A stretch of 64,000 nucleotides of DNA, taken from positions 5,057 to 69,056 of the forward strand of contig NW_021835482.1 in the NCBI RefSeq assembly GCF_006345805.1, in the 5' to 3' direction. The position numbers were made by a program, and so were the translations under genes. This stretch comes from Octopus sinensis (lineage: Eukaryota). Shown in pieces: positions 41,900 to 54,288 of this stretch (position 1 is its first letter; every line of letters begins with the position of its first letter). The notes beneath the pieces are model-generated. The model saw nothing but the letters and a program-made list of their open reading frames with translations. It had not been told where the DNA came from and did no database searches.

Positions 41900-42450
41900 T
41901 TTTGCTGGAGAGGTCGACCTCGGCGAAATTTGAACTCAGAACGTAAAGAGCTTGAAGATATACTTATTTCTTTACTACTCACAAGGGGCTAAACACAGAG
42001 AGGACAAACAAGGACAGACGAACGGATTAAGTCGATTATATCGACCCCAGTGCGTAACTGGTACTTATTTAATCGACCCCGAAAGGATGAAAGGCAAAGT
42101 CGACCTCCAAGGGAATTTGAACTCAGAACGTAGCGGCAGACGAAATACTGCCAAGTATTTTCTCCGGCGTGCTAAGGCTTCTGCCAGCCCCTCGCCGCCT
42201 TCATGAACATGCTTAAAATAAGGCTTTATTATTCATTCCGTTTCTTTAAAGTTTTGAGCTGGCAGAATTGTTAACACACCGGACAAAATGCTAAGAAGCA
42301 TTTCGTCCGTCTTCACGTTCTGATTTCAAATTCCACCGAGGTCGGCCTTGCCTTTAGTCACTTCGGGTTTAATAAAATAATTATCAATCAAATACTAAGG
42401 TTCATGTAATCACTTAGCCCCACCCCCAAATCTCAGCCCTCGTGCCTATA
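41900..42450. mobile_element. Two SINE family B copies in head-to-head inverted orientation (41900-42200 minus, 42255-42450 plus)
   Basis: Heads ctgccagcc..cgccgcct and gagctggcagaattgttaacac about 55 bp apart. Confidence 0.85.
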
Positions 42451-42979
42451 GTAAAAAGGATTATTAAAACGGTTTCCTGTTAATTCCTGGTTAATTAGAA
42501 CTTCACCTCCATTGTTAAAAAAAACACCGGAAGCGGAAGGGTGGAGAGACAGGTGCTGCCCTCTTTGTAACTAACATAAGAGGTAAGTGAGAATGAAGGA
42601 ATTGCTGCTGTTAATTGGCCCCACACTAATTGGGATCCTCTCTGGAGGAAGGCATTTTCGTACTAAAGAAATATGGGGTTGTGTAAGGGGACAAAAGGGG
42701 CATTGTGTGGTCGCTCTGATTTGGGCGGATGTTTTTCGCTGTTTTGTTTTTGTTTTGAATCATTATTGTTTATTTATTGTTATCTAATTTGATTTTGTTA
42801 TTATTGTTCAACTCTTTTTTTTTAATTTATGTAAATCGCCCCCAAACTTTTCTTTTAGGTTCCACAGTTACATTCTCTTCACCATCTTCGATCCCCGAGA
42901 GCCCTAAATAGAAATTGTAATTGTTATTAAAACCATTTCATGTTATAATAATAACAATTAAAACAAAATAAAAATAATA

Positions 42980-43067
<88 letters not shown>

Positions 43068-43143
43068 TAGTAATAATAATAACATTAGACGTCGCATAGT
43101 ATGCAATATCATGAAATTGTTCATTGAAGACACTGTGTCTCCC

Positions 43144-43456
43144 GGGGTTTGCACTGTTTGTCAAGTGACAACAAGGACCTCAGACAGACAGTACTTTACG
43201 CAATATACGTGCACTTCCAAGTTGTGCCGACTTTTGCAGTGCATCTGGATTCTAGGGTATCTCTTAGGTTTTCAGATGTTTTTTTTCAGATTGGATTCAA
43301 TACGACTCAATCTGAAAAAAACATCTGAAAACCTAAGAGATACCCTACAATCCAGATGTACTGCAAAAGTCGGCACTACTTGGAACTGGACGTATATTGC
43401 GTAAAGTAGTGTCTGTCTGAGGTCCTTGTTGTGACTTGACAAACAGTACAAACCCC
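43144..43456. repeat. Foldback element: ~150-bp inverted arms with a 14-nt loop (MITE-like)
   Basis: Arms 43144-43293 and 43308-43456 pair with 8 mismatches and one indel in a T/A run. Confidence 0.95.
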
Positions 43457-43944
43457 CGCTACACACAATATCTTAAATCAACAACCTCACGATATTTTAC
43501 TGTACCGAGAAGTGCACTATAACATTCATCCATGAATTTATTTATTTATTAATTTTTAAATGCATATTTTATCTGTGAATTTGCGTGTTTAATCTGGGAA
43601 TGCATACAATGCCCTTCTCTGCTCTAGGTGTATGGAAAACACTCGGCGAGAAACGGAAGAAAATTTGAAGAAAGAGGGAAAAATAATAATAATAATAATA
43701 ATAATATAATATAATAATAATAATAATAATAATAATCACCATCATCGTCACCATTATTATTATTATTAACGTAATACATACGCTCATATATATAAGCAAA
43801 TGGTTCTCTGTCGGTTTCAACGATCATAAGTCGGTGGATCGACACAAATACTCGTTTATTATTCAATTAATGTGTAAGTGGCTGAATATACCTATGGGTA
43901 TATCATGAGGCGGCGTAGTATGTGACGTGGCCAGACACTTGAAT

Positions 43945-44105
43945 CACAATGCAGCCTGTGAGAATCCGTACAGTTTCCGTCGACATACAGCTTCATTCAC
44001 CAGGTTTGCTGCTGTAAAAAAGGTACACGCCCAAAATTCCACGTTGTTGGATCGAACCTTGAATCTTGTGATTGTAAAGCAAATTTCTTGACTATCCGGC
44101 CATGT
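43945..44105 (-). mobile_element. SINE family A-like 5' half, diverged
   Basis: cagtttccgtcgac...gatcgaaccttgaatcttgtgattgtaaagcaaatttcttgactatccggcca. Confidence 0.55.
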
Positions 44106-44995
44106 TTCGTTCACTCCACACAAACTCCACACAAGTATGCATATTTATGCTCTCTCTTCCTCTCTCTCCTTCTCTCTCCGCCCCCACTATCACCCTCTGT
44201 CTCTCCTTCTCTCTCACATTCTATCTATTTCTCCCTCCTCTTTCTTTCTGTCTCTGTCACTCTCTTTCCCTCTCTCTCCATCCTCTTTCTCCACCCCTCT
44301 CTCATCCTCTCCTACCCTCTCTACCTCTTTTTCTCATCCTCTCTCTCCCCCTCTCACCTTCTCACTCCCTCACATTCTTCTCGCTACCTCCAAATCTTTT
44401 TCCCTCCCACTCATCCCCTTCCATCCCTCCATCCCTCCCTCCCTCTCTCTTTCTCTCTCTCTCCCTCATCTCCTCCTTTTCTCTCCCCTCTCTCTTTCCC
44501 CCCTCACAATTTCCAGGTAACAATTTCGAAATCACTGGCCGACCTCTTTGCCAAATGTTTCCTATTAAGGCCTTGTTTGGCACAAAAGCATTTTGTGAGA
44601 AATGAAGAGAAGGGCATAACACGGAAGCATTGAGACACATTCTCATACTGGTTCCCTCTGTGGATTAAGCTATGGTCGCAGTTTCTGCGGTATACTCAGT
44701 CACTTACACGCTAATGCTATCATTTGGTAGTTGTGTGACAGAGGAAGCTGGGAGGCTAATCGTCGAAACCGACGGAGGACCATATATCAAAAAAGAAGGG
44801 AGAAAGAGAGAAATGTTGGTATGTGTGCATATAATTATAAAGGTAGAAAAAGAAAGATATTAGGCAGACAGACAGGCAGAGAGGCAGGCAGACAGACATG
44901 AAGACATGCAGGTAGATTGGCAATCAGGCAGGCAGACATGCAGACAGGCAGACAGTTAGATAGATAGATAAACACAGAGACGGATGGATGGATAG

Positions 44996-45056
<61 letters not shown>

Positions 45057-45072
45057 AACACAGAGACGGATG

Positions 45073-45225
<153 letters not shown>

Positions 45226-45878
45226 GTAGATAGATTGCCTTTGTGTGAGTAGGTAGGAATGAATTTAGTTAAGAAAGCAGGCAAATAGGTGCATGGGAAG
45301 TTTGGTATGTAAGCAAAAAGGTATATTTGTATGTGGGTATGTATGTATGGAGGCAGGTAGGTAGACAGGTAGGTAGGAAAGAAGCGAAATTGACAGATTG
45401 TGAGTGGTTATGCTGGGAGGTATGGAGAGATTAAGAGCCATTTCAAAGCAAATTGGTCCACGTTAGCAACAACTCCGGGGAAATGACTCCAAGAGAAACA
45501 GAGCGATGTATATTATCGATATTAATCCGACCAAAGTATTCCTCATTAAACACACATTCACACACACATACAAACACACACTCACACTCACAGACACGTA
45601 CACAGATACACACACAGATCACAACGTTATATTCCAGTCTCAAACGAAATGGTTTTTCCACTAAATTTACTTGGCATGATGGCATCTTTCTGTAAGAATT
45701 TGCTGGAATCAATGTAGCGGCTTTACCATTTATCTGCTCTGACCTTCACAATCTACAGCATATTTCTAAAATACGGATACATACATGTACATATATATAT
45801 ATATATGTGTGTGCGTGTGTGTGTGTATACATTTATATTGGGTATATATAGGCACACACACATATATATGCACATATT

Positions 45879-45908
<30 letters not shown>

Positions 45909-45913
<5 letters not shown>

Positions 45914-46275
45914 GTATTGTTAAGCATGTTCATGAATCTATGTTTGGGTGTGTGAGTGTTTGTGTATGTGCGTGTATATATATATATATATACATACATA
46001 CACATATACACACGCAGATGTATGTGTGTGTTTGTTTGTGTATGTGTGTGAGCACATATATATATGTATACATGCATCCAAATTGCGATATTAATAACCA
46101 GTTGTCAGAACTGAATATACTTATGTTTCAGAGAAAGGCGTTCGGGAAATTAGAGAGCGGAATATCATTTAATAAACAACAAAAAGATGAGAACCTTCAT
46201 TGCCTTACAACTGTTTCGGCTATTAGAAACAGTGCACTCAGCGGCAAGAGTCTGTGTAACATCCTACAGCCCATA

Positions 46276-46332
<57 letters not shown>

Positions 46333-46690
46333 GTATTGTTAAGCATGTTCATGAATCTATGTTTGGGTGTGTGAGTGTTTGTGTATGTGCGTGTATATAT
46401 ATATATATACATACATTCACATATACACACGCAGATGTATGTGTGTGTTGTTTGTGTATGTGTGTGAGCACATATATATATGTATACATGCATCCAAATT
46501 GCGATATTAATAACCAGTTGTCAGAACTGAATATACTTATGTTTCAGAGAAAGGCGTTCGGGAAATTAGAGAGCGGAATATCATTTAATAAACAACAAAA
46601 AGATGAGAACCTTCATTGCCTTACAACTGTTTCGGCTATTAGAAACAGTGCACTCAGCGGCTAGAGTCTGTGTAACATCCTACAGCCCAT

Positions 46691-46692
<2 letters not shown>
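45909..46692. repeat. Near-identical tandem duplication, ~367-bp unit, period 419 bp, copies separated by (AT)n
   Basis: Copies 45909-46275 and 46328-46692 differ by about 2 substitutions plus small indels; unit contains a PLE-like gccgaaacagttgta motif on minus. Confidence 0.95.
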
Positions 46693-46734
<42 letters not shown>

Positions 46735-47105
46735 AACTACTCTGGAAATCTGATGGTATGGAAGGGCTCTGCACCAACAAAACATAAATGTGATGCTGAC
46801 TCCATCCTTTATCTAATACCAACCAGAACTCCAACTAACGGTATCATGTCAGATTCTCTTTCATTTGTTCAGACACTCTTTTGTGTAATTGACAAAGTTT
46901 GTTATTTTAACCCCTTCGGACGTTTTAAATATGTTTACATGCATTGGATCCAACTCCTATCATGATTTGCAAGTGAAAACTTTGGGTGTTTTTACCCTTT
47001 AAGTTGTTACATAATATTCATGGGGATTTGACTGATACAAAAAAATTAGTGTTAGTACTTCATGATCTCTCGTATATGTACACACACCCACACAAATATA
47101 CACAA

Positions 47106-47136
<31 letters not shown>

Positions 47137-47160
47137 GATATATATATATATATATATATA

Positions 47161-47370
47161 CTTTATTTAAAGCAGCAGAAAATTCAACAAAACCTGTTAC
47201 TCTGAGTTCCCGTTGCCGTTCATCGGACAGTTTTTGAACGGCAACGGGAAACTCAGAGTAACAGGTTTTGTTGAATTTTCTGCTGCTTTAAATAAAGCAT
47301 ATTACTCTACCACTAGTAATTGAGTACTCTTTTTTCCACCTTGATTCACATTTATGTGTTTACTCCGGTA
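47161..47370. mobile_element. Penelope-type terminus with 62/63-bp palindrome and minimal type-I hammerhead-like motif, in (AT)n
   Basis: Arms 47161-47222 and 47235-47297 with 12-nt loop; minus strand ctgt-CCGATGA-acggcaacgg-GAA(A)C-tcaga-GTA-acag. Confidence 0.75.
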
Positions 47371-48146
47371 TATATATATATATTTATATATATAAAATAT
47401 AAAGGAATAAGGACTGGATTTGGTATCCGGGGCAGGTTCCTTATAAGCAATCTGGTATAAGTCAGATCGGGCAAACCACATCGAACGATAGGGGAAATGT
47501 ACTATTGCTTAAAATAAACAATTACACATTATATCACTGAATGGCTAAATCCGAATTTCGTTTTATTCCATTTCATACAGTATACAGAGCATATAATGCA
47601 GGCATCATGGAGAAGAATAGAGAATTATACATCTTCAGAATATGTTCATTACACTTTTGTTCTCATTAAATACACATTAGTTTTCAAACCGACACGTGTT
47701 TCAGCTGCGTAGATGTTCTAATACCATTTGATGTAGCCTTTGTGTGCATATAATGTGAATTTAATGGGATGATAACTGTAATAAACAAGTTTGAAGATGT
47801 ACCAAAATCTCCATTCTTTCTTTAGATGTCTTGATTATATATTACATATATATTATATATATATACTATATAATATATATATATAATAGAATATATTTAT
47901 ATATAGACATACATATATATGATATATATATATATACATTTATATATATGTAGATATATATAATATATATATACATACATATATACATTTAGATATATAC
48001 ATATGTATTACGTACATATGAGAGGGAAGACCACTATGCGGACAACCCTTATGCTAGAAGTATATCCGCTATGGTCTTACCTCTGGTTTTAAATTGATGT
48101 TAATCAATCTTATATCCAATTTTTCACCCTCATTTTAAATATATAC

Positions 48147-48181
<35 letters not shown>

Positions 48182-48844
48182 TGTATGTATGTATATATCT
48201 ATGTATTTATATATGTATGTATATAAATATATTGCCTGATCTTGTAATATGATGTCTCACATTCAGCCTGGGTGTTGTGATTCACTTTCGTCCTTACATG
48301 TGCGCGGATAAGACTTTCCAGGTCAACTCAGTGCAACCGTCGCCATAGAAGTTTATAAAACAGAAAGCAGTACAAGAAATAAAATGATAGGAAGACACTC
48401 GGACGTCACTGGATTTAAGTGTCAAGAGCTTGTACAACAATTTGCCTTTCTCTCGGTCGCCACAGCCTGTTCCAGGGACAAGCATTGCAAGATTACTGGT
48501 ACTGTCTTGGCTTCAAGTTTTATGTCAGAGTACCCTTTTCCTAAAAGTGCGATTTTCCCGACGGCTTTGTCCAAAATTAACGGGAGCCTCTTCTACCTCT
48601 GAGAAATCTATTGAAATCGTAGGTGGAGCCCTAGCGGGTATAACTGTACTGAGATAAGGGTGACTAAGGAGTGACTCCACGCTCCCCACCAAAATCAGGG
48701 CTCTCTGACGGGAGCCCCATTACCAGATCCCGTTAAATGTCACACCCAATATAAAATATATATGTATATCAGTCTCTATAGTAATATGTATACACACACA
48801 TTATATATACACACACACACACACACACACATACAGATATATAT

Positions 48845-48923
<79 letters not shown>

Positions 48924-48989
48924 ATATATTATGTATATATATGTATATGATATGTTGTATTTGTATGTACGTACATATTCTTTAATTCT

Positions 48990-50720
48990 TTAAATTATTT
49001 AGGCTTTACTGCTGCGGTCATGCTGGGGCACCACCGTTGGCTGTGCTCCACTATTACTTGAAACCTCCTCTGATATGTGGCATTTGGGGAATGAGGGAAT
49101 TTGATGTTGCTGCCCACATCTGTGTTTCCTGCCGAGAATTAGGTTCATCTGGACCACCTGACACGAGGAGATTCAAATTTGATTTGATACCCTCATCCAC
49201 ATCATGCAGGTCTCTCAGGCATTTTGGAAGGATATTGAAGAGTTGTGGGCTCTTTTAAACCCTATCTGTTGCATTATCTCGTTCTGGCGGTGATGCTGGG
49301 TTCTTTGGCACTATGAAGTGGCGCCACGTTCTACTCTTTGTGTAACTTTCAATGCCAAAGTTTGACACAAGGCATTCCAGAATTCTCCAGATGACATCTC
49401 TGTTATCTTTCCGCCTCGTTCTAGGATAGACGTAATACAATGTATGTATCTTTGTTCATTATATGCATAGTATACATATGTATATATATATATATACATA
49501 TATATCATATATATCTATAATATATATAATATTATATATATATATAAGATATATATTTAGATATATATATATATATAGGAGTATATAGATATGTATCTAT
49601 ATTTATATATATATATGATATATATATGTATATATTTATAATATGTAATATATATATATATATATATATATTACTATATAGTATATATGTATATATATAT
49701 AGAATATATATATATATATATATATTTATATGTATATATATATATATTATAGAGAGAGAGAGAGAGAGAAGAGAGATGGATGTGACTGGGAAAATAATGT
49801 TCTCGGCAGGAGGAACACGGTTCCTGTTCTCTCGTTCAAAATCGTCCCAGAATCTATCCCGTCAGCCACCAGCATATTGTTATCATCTCAGTAATGCGAT
49901 ACATCATTAAACATTTTGCCTCCCAAATCTTGCCTTCATTGTCACACGGGGATTGCAATCATTCCTCGTTCTGTCTGGTTCTGTAAGAATGTATTTTACA
50001 CCCAAATGCAAAAGTTTTGGAATTTTCCATCATTACATTCCGTTCTTTGCGCCAATCCCACTCATTGTATCTTGCGTTTCTGAATAACTTTCTGGGGGAC
50101 TTTGAAATTATCACGGTTCTTAGTAGCTTCTGATATTTTCCTTTCACCTGGACAGCAAGCGAGAACAGCAGTTTGCATAATTATGTTGACTCTCCAAGAC
50201 ATTTATGGCAAACTGCGATGGCCGTGAAACAGATCTTCGATCAAGTGTATTCACAATAATTATAACATTCGAAGTAGCATCATTTTTTACTCCAGCTTAA
50301 CTTCTTTCTCTTAAAAAGACATGTAACCAATCTCCTGGTTTTCCAAGAATGCCGAGATCACGCAGTATGCGATATATCATCTACGTTCAAGATTATTGTA
50401 GATTTTCGCCAAATCGAAGTCAACTCACGAACGATAGAGTACGAGCTTCGATGTCCAGTCATAAAACTGCAGCGGCTGCGAGATGGAACTTCCACTCGGG
50501 CGGAAACAGTAAGGAACCAGAATGATAGGCCAGTAAATCTTATGACCTACTTCCATCCTGATTGAGAGACTATACGCTTTCTTTCAGAGTCTTAGGTACC
50601 TCAGCATTTTGAAAGCGTCTTCAGGTGTTTTGCTAAAGTTCGTTTTGCATGATTTCAAGAGAATTGTCAGAAATCTAATGCGGCCAGTTGCTCGGGTTGA
50701 GTTAATTTGAAACGGGTTTG
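48990..50720 (-). mobile_element. CR1/L2-like LINE, RT to 3' end, decayed, interrupted by (AT)n at about 49440-49790
   Basis: KIYWPIIL (NYRPISL-like), GFRPSGSSISQPLQFYDW, LRDLGILGKPGDWLH, IWRILECLVSNFGI, PQLFNILPKCLRDLH...PDEP...SNSLIPQM; 3' tail ggtggtgccccagcatgaccgcag. Confidence 0.88.
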
Positions 50721-51040
50721 ACATGACACCTTCGTCCTTTACGCCAAGGTAAGCACTATCGTCGCCATATGATTACTGGTATCATTGACTTCGTCGACAT
50801 CAGTCACTGCTACTACGACGTAATGGTAGTAGGTGGCGCTAGCGACGGGCGAACGAAAGAAAAGCAGAGGAGTCTGCAGATTTCGGGTGTGAATAGCTTA
50901 CCTCGTTTATTTAGTGACATGTGTACCAGGAAGGTCGTGCAACACTTTTAACATTTGGTGAACTCTTTCCTTGGGACACTGGCCCTATTTTGTAACGAAC
51001 TAAAACAAATGCTTTGGCAAAATTATAGAAAAATTTCAGG

Positions 51041-51079
<39 letters not shown>

Positions 51080-51080
51080 T

Positions 51081-51448
51081 TTTGCTTGTTTCAGTCATTT
51101 GAGTGCGGCCATGCTGGACTACCGCCTTTAGTCGAACAAATCGACTCCAGGACTTGTTCTTTGCAAGCCTAATACTTATTCCATCGGTCACTTTTGCCGA
51201 ACCGCTAAGTTACGGGGACCTAAACACACTAACATCGGTTGTCAAGCGATGGCGGGGTGGGGACAAACACAGACACACAACCATATCTTCGACAAGCTTC
51301 TTACCGTTTCCGCCGACCAAATCCACTAACAGGGCATTGTTCGGCTCAAGGCTATAGTAGGAGACAGTTGCCCAAGGTTCCACGCAGTGGACTGAACCCA
51401 GAACCATGCGTTTGGGATGCAAGCTACTTACCACACAACCACTGCTGC
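51081..51448 (-). mobile_element. SINE family A, near full length
   Basis: Colinear with 24181-24570. Confidence 0.9.
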
Positions 51449-52492
51449 CCTGATCTATTTCTCGGTGTCCGTTCTTCTTTCGCGGAAAGGGTTCACATCA
51501 TTCGTGGTTTCTAACTTACCTTTGAAGTGGCATCACTCGATGTCTGAGGTTCATTAATTTAAATGATTTGACATAATTGTTCCTCTTGTTCTTCTTGTTC
51601 TCTCTCTCTCCCTCTCTCTTCCCTCTCTAACTCTCTCTCTCTCCCTCTCTCCTCTCTCTCTAACTCTCTCTCTTTCCCCTATCTTGCTCGCTTTCGCTCT
51701 CTCTCTCTCTCACAACCACACATATATATATATTTACTGACATACAAGCAATAATTTTATAAGTCGATATTACTAAGTAAGTGACTCGGGAGTCTAGAGT
51801 TTCATTCCAGGGCACAAATCAAGAAACTAGAAGCTCTTACCTATCCACGGGGTCCATAAGCAACGACTGAACTGCACTGACCTGGTCAATGGGCATCAAA
51901 GACCAACGCTTGATAACAAGGATAAATTGAATCATTCACGTGGCATTGGAATGTTTCTGGGGGATTTCAAAAGCAAATAAAATAGCTCCATCACTGGTTC
52001 TCTCGCTCTCTCTCTCTCTCTCACTCTCTCTCTCTCTCTCTCTCTCTCCCTCTCTCTCTCTGACAATTGAAAAGATGGAACTGATCAGACTCGTTTCTAT
52101 ACTGTTCTCAGGGAAAAAATGCACATCTTTAATCCACAGATTGATTAGCTGATTATACCTAATTTCAATCTACCTAATTATAGAATATACAGACTAAGAA
52201 TAAATTACACTGGTCACTCGAATTTGCATAAAAATGCAAACGAGGACAATGTAAAAGATACCTTACATTTCAAATTATCACAAAAGGTTGTGTTGTGCTC
52301 CCTTAATTAATCCCCGTTATCAATGAATACACTGACGATAAAGTGAGATGAGCTCGGTCCTTTTTATTTAATATTAAGACTGAACGCCAGATAATGCGGC
52401 GTTCCTTTTGAGATACAACCCCCGAACATTGGATGTGTTTCTGTATGTAGGTGTTCGCTGAATGATTACCCAACGTAATATTTGTTTACATT

Positions 52493-52700
52493 AAGGCGGT
52501 GAGCTGGCAGAGTGGTTAGCACGCCGGGCGAAATGCTTAGCGGAATTTCGTCTGACTTTACGCTCTGAGTTCAAATTCCACCGAGGTTGACTATGCCTTT
52601 CATCCTTTCGGGGTCGATAAATTAAGTACCAGTACTGGGGTTGATCTAATCGACTGGCCCCCTCCTCAAAAACTTCGGGCCTTGTGCTTAGAGTAGAAAA
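52493..52700 (+). mobile_element. SINE family B, well preserved
   Basis: aaggcggtgagctggcagagtggttagcacgccgggcgaaatgc...gcctttcatcctttcggggtcgataaattaagtaccag. Confidence 0.9.
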
Positions 52701-52775
52701 AAAAGAGAATATTTGAGTACATTCTCGCATCAATTTATTTCCAAACCGGTCTGCATAGAACCATTTTTCTTTCAG

Positions 52776-52844
52776 GTGATACCTGAGGATTACGTCCCGT
52801 TGCAGGAAGTTGGACGAAGGATTCATGTCAACCCAATACGATAG
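52776..52844 (+). CDS. Candidate terminal coding exon (phase 0 to stop): VIPEDYVPLQEVGRRIHVNPIR*
   Basis: Strong acceptor catttttctttcAG; open frame to TAG; AATAAA 10 nt after the stop. Confidence 0.55.
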   Translation: MIPEDYVPLQEVGRRIHVNPIR

Positions 52845-52854
52845 ATTGAGCTGC

Positions 52855-52860
52855 AATAAA
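52855..52860 (+). terminator. Candidate polyadenylation signal AATAAA
   Basis: Directly downstream of the candidate terminal exon stop; the hexamer is common in AT-rich DNA. Confidence 0.35.
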
Positions 52861-52999
52861 ATGAAATATCGACTAAATGCACTATGCTACTGTTAAGTTA
52901 TTTTGTTATCCTAACATGGGTCTGAGACCCCCTTCAGTCATGACTGCCAATGGGATTGCACCTAGAAAGTTATCCCCCAAAGCACAAGTCTGGGCAAGG

Positions 53000-53260
53000 C
53001 TGTTTGTGGAAGGCCAGCATTCACCCATGCATACCGGCCTTCCCTCTCCACGCCACGAGTGTTATCCAAGGGAAAGGCAAAGGCCGATACGGCTTAGCAC
53101 CAGTGACATCACAACTCATTTCTACAGGTGAGTGAACTGGAGCAACGTGAAATAAAGTGTCTTTCCCAAGAACACAACACACAGCCGAGTCCAGGATTCG
53201 AACTCACGACCTCACTATCGTAAGCTTGATGCTCTAACCGCTGAGCCACACGCCTTCACA
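53000..53260 (-). mobile_element. CORE-like tRNA-headed SINE (family C-related)
   Basis: gagcaacgtgaaataaagtgtctttcccaagaacacaac...ggattcgaactcacgacc...ctctaaccgctgagccac. Confidence 0.8.
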
Positions 53261-53865
53261 TGGTACCTAATGCCGTCCAGTTCGGTGGTTAGTATAGATT
53301 TTAATATCAAACTTGGTAGCTAGACCTTCCAGGATCGTCCATATGTGTATCACTGCATACCTTTCTCGACTTCTTTCCAGAGAGTACAGCTTCAGTTCTG
53401 CTATCCTTTCTCAGCAGCTCATCTGTTTCACCCTGTAGTGGAGCTGGATTTCATGAGGTCCTGCCACGAATTTGACGCTCTGCGGTGACCAGAGCTGGGA
53501 TCAATAATCCAGACGACTGACGACAAATGTCCTCCATGGGAGTTGCAAGGGATCCTCATTTCTGGTTCCGAATGATCTAAGGATCCATCCAGCCACTCGC
53601 CTGCACAGTGTTGCCATCCTGGCAATATACATATGGAATGTTGCATCTCTACTCATGTGGATTCCTAGTCACGCACCGATTCTAACTCTGGTATTGCACT
53701 ACCCTCTGGTCCCATGTATTCTGTTTATGGCCCCATGCCGGACTGCTTGAAACTGATCACAACATGTTATTTTCATCAACCCATTGTGGACGAACTCTGC
53801 ATAGCATTTCGCAGGGATTTTACCCGAAGCTTATAAATATATATATATATATATATAATATATAT

Positions 53866-54076
53866 GTAAAAATAATATGCGACAACTATTCGGTAGCCAA
53901 CATAAAACTCTCCAGTTTCGGATGTCGATGTGGAAATCCACGACAACATCTCTTCGGTTATCAAGAGTTTTATCTTGGCTACCGAATAATTGTCACATAT
54001 TTTACAGATAAATTTCCTCTATTTACATTATATTGAGGTCTCTTTCTTTCTTTTGTTTTCTTACCGTTTTTTACGA

Positions 54077-54080
<4 letters not shown>
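53866..54080 (-). mobile_element. Penelope-type terminus with inverted arms and hammerhead-like motif, between (AT)n tracts
   Basis: Arms 53867-53911 and 53964-54005; minus strand ataa-CCGAAGA-gatgttg..cgacatcc-GAAAC-tggaga-GTT-ttat. Confidence 0.7.
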
Positions 54081-54149
<69 letters not shown>

Positions 54150-54150
54150 C

Positions 54151-54218
<68 letters not shown>

Positions 54219-54245
54219 TATACATATATAATATATATATATATC

Positions 54246-54288
54246 GCTTTGCAAATTCTGTTTCGCAATGATAGTAAGAGCCGACATC
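54246..54288 (-). pseudogene. 28S rRNA fragment (43 bp)
   Basis: gatgtcggctcttactatcattgcgaaacagaatttgcaaagc versus conserved LSU GATGTCGGCTCTTCCTATCATTG.GAAGCAGAATTC.CCAAGC. Confidence 0.85.

Noticed and set aside
44517-44605. Alternative phase-1 terminal exon GNNFEITGRPLCQMFPIKALFGTKAFCEK*
   Set aside because: The pyrimidine tract is a (CT) microsatellite, no nearby polyA signal; the 41246 plus 52776 path fits better, though this one is not excluded
50580-50750. Plus-strand splice-like signals
   Set aside because: Antisense of a decayed CR1/L2-like LINE
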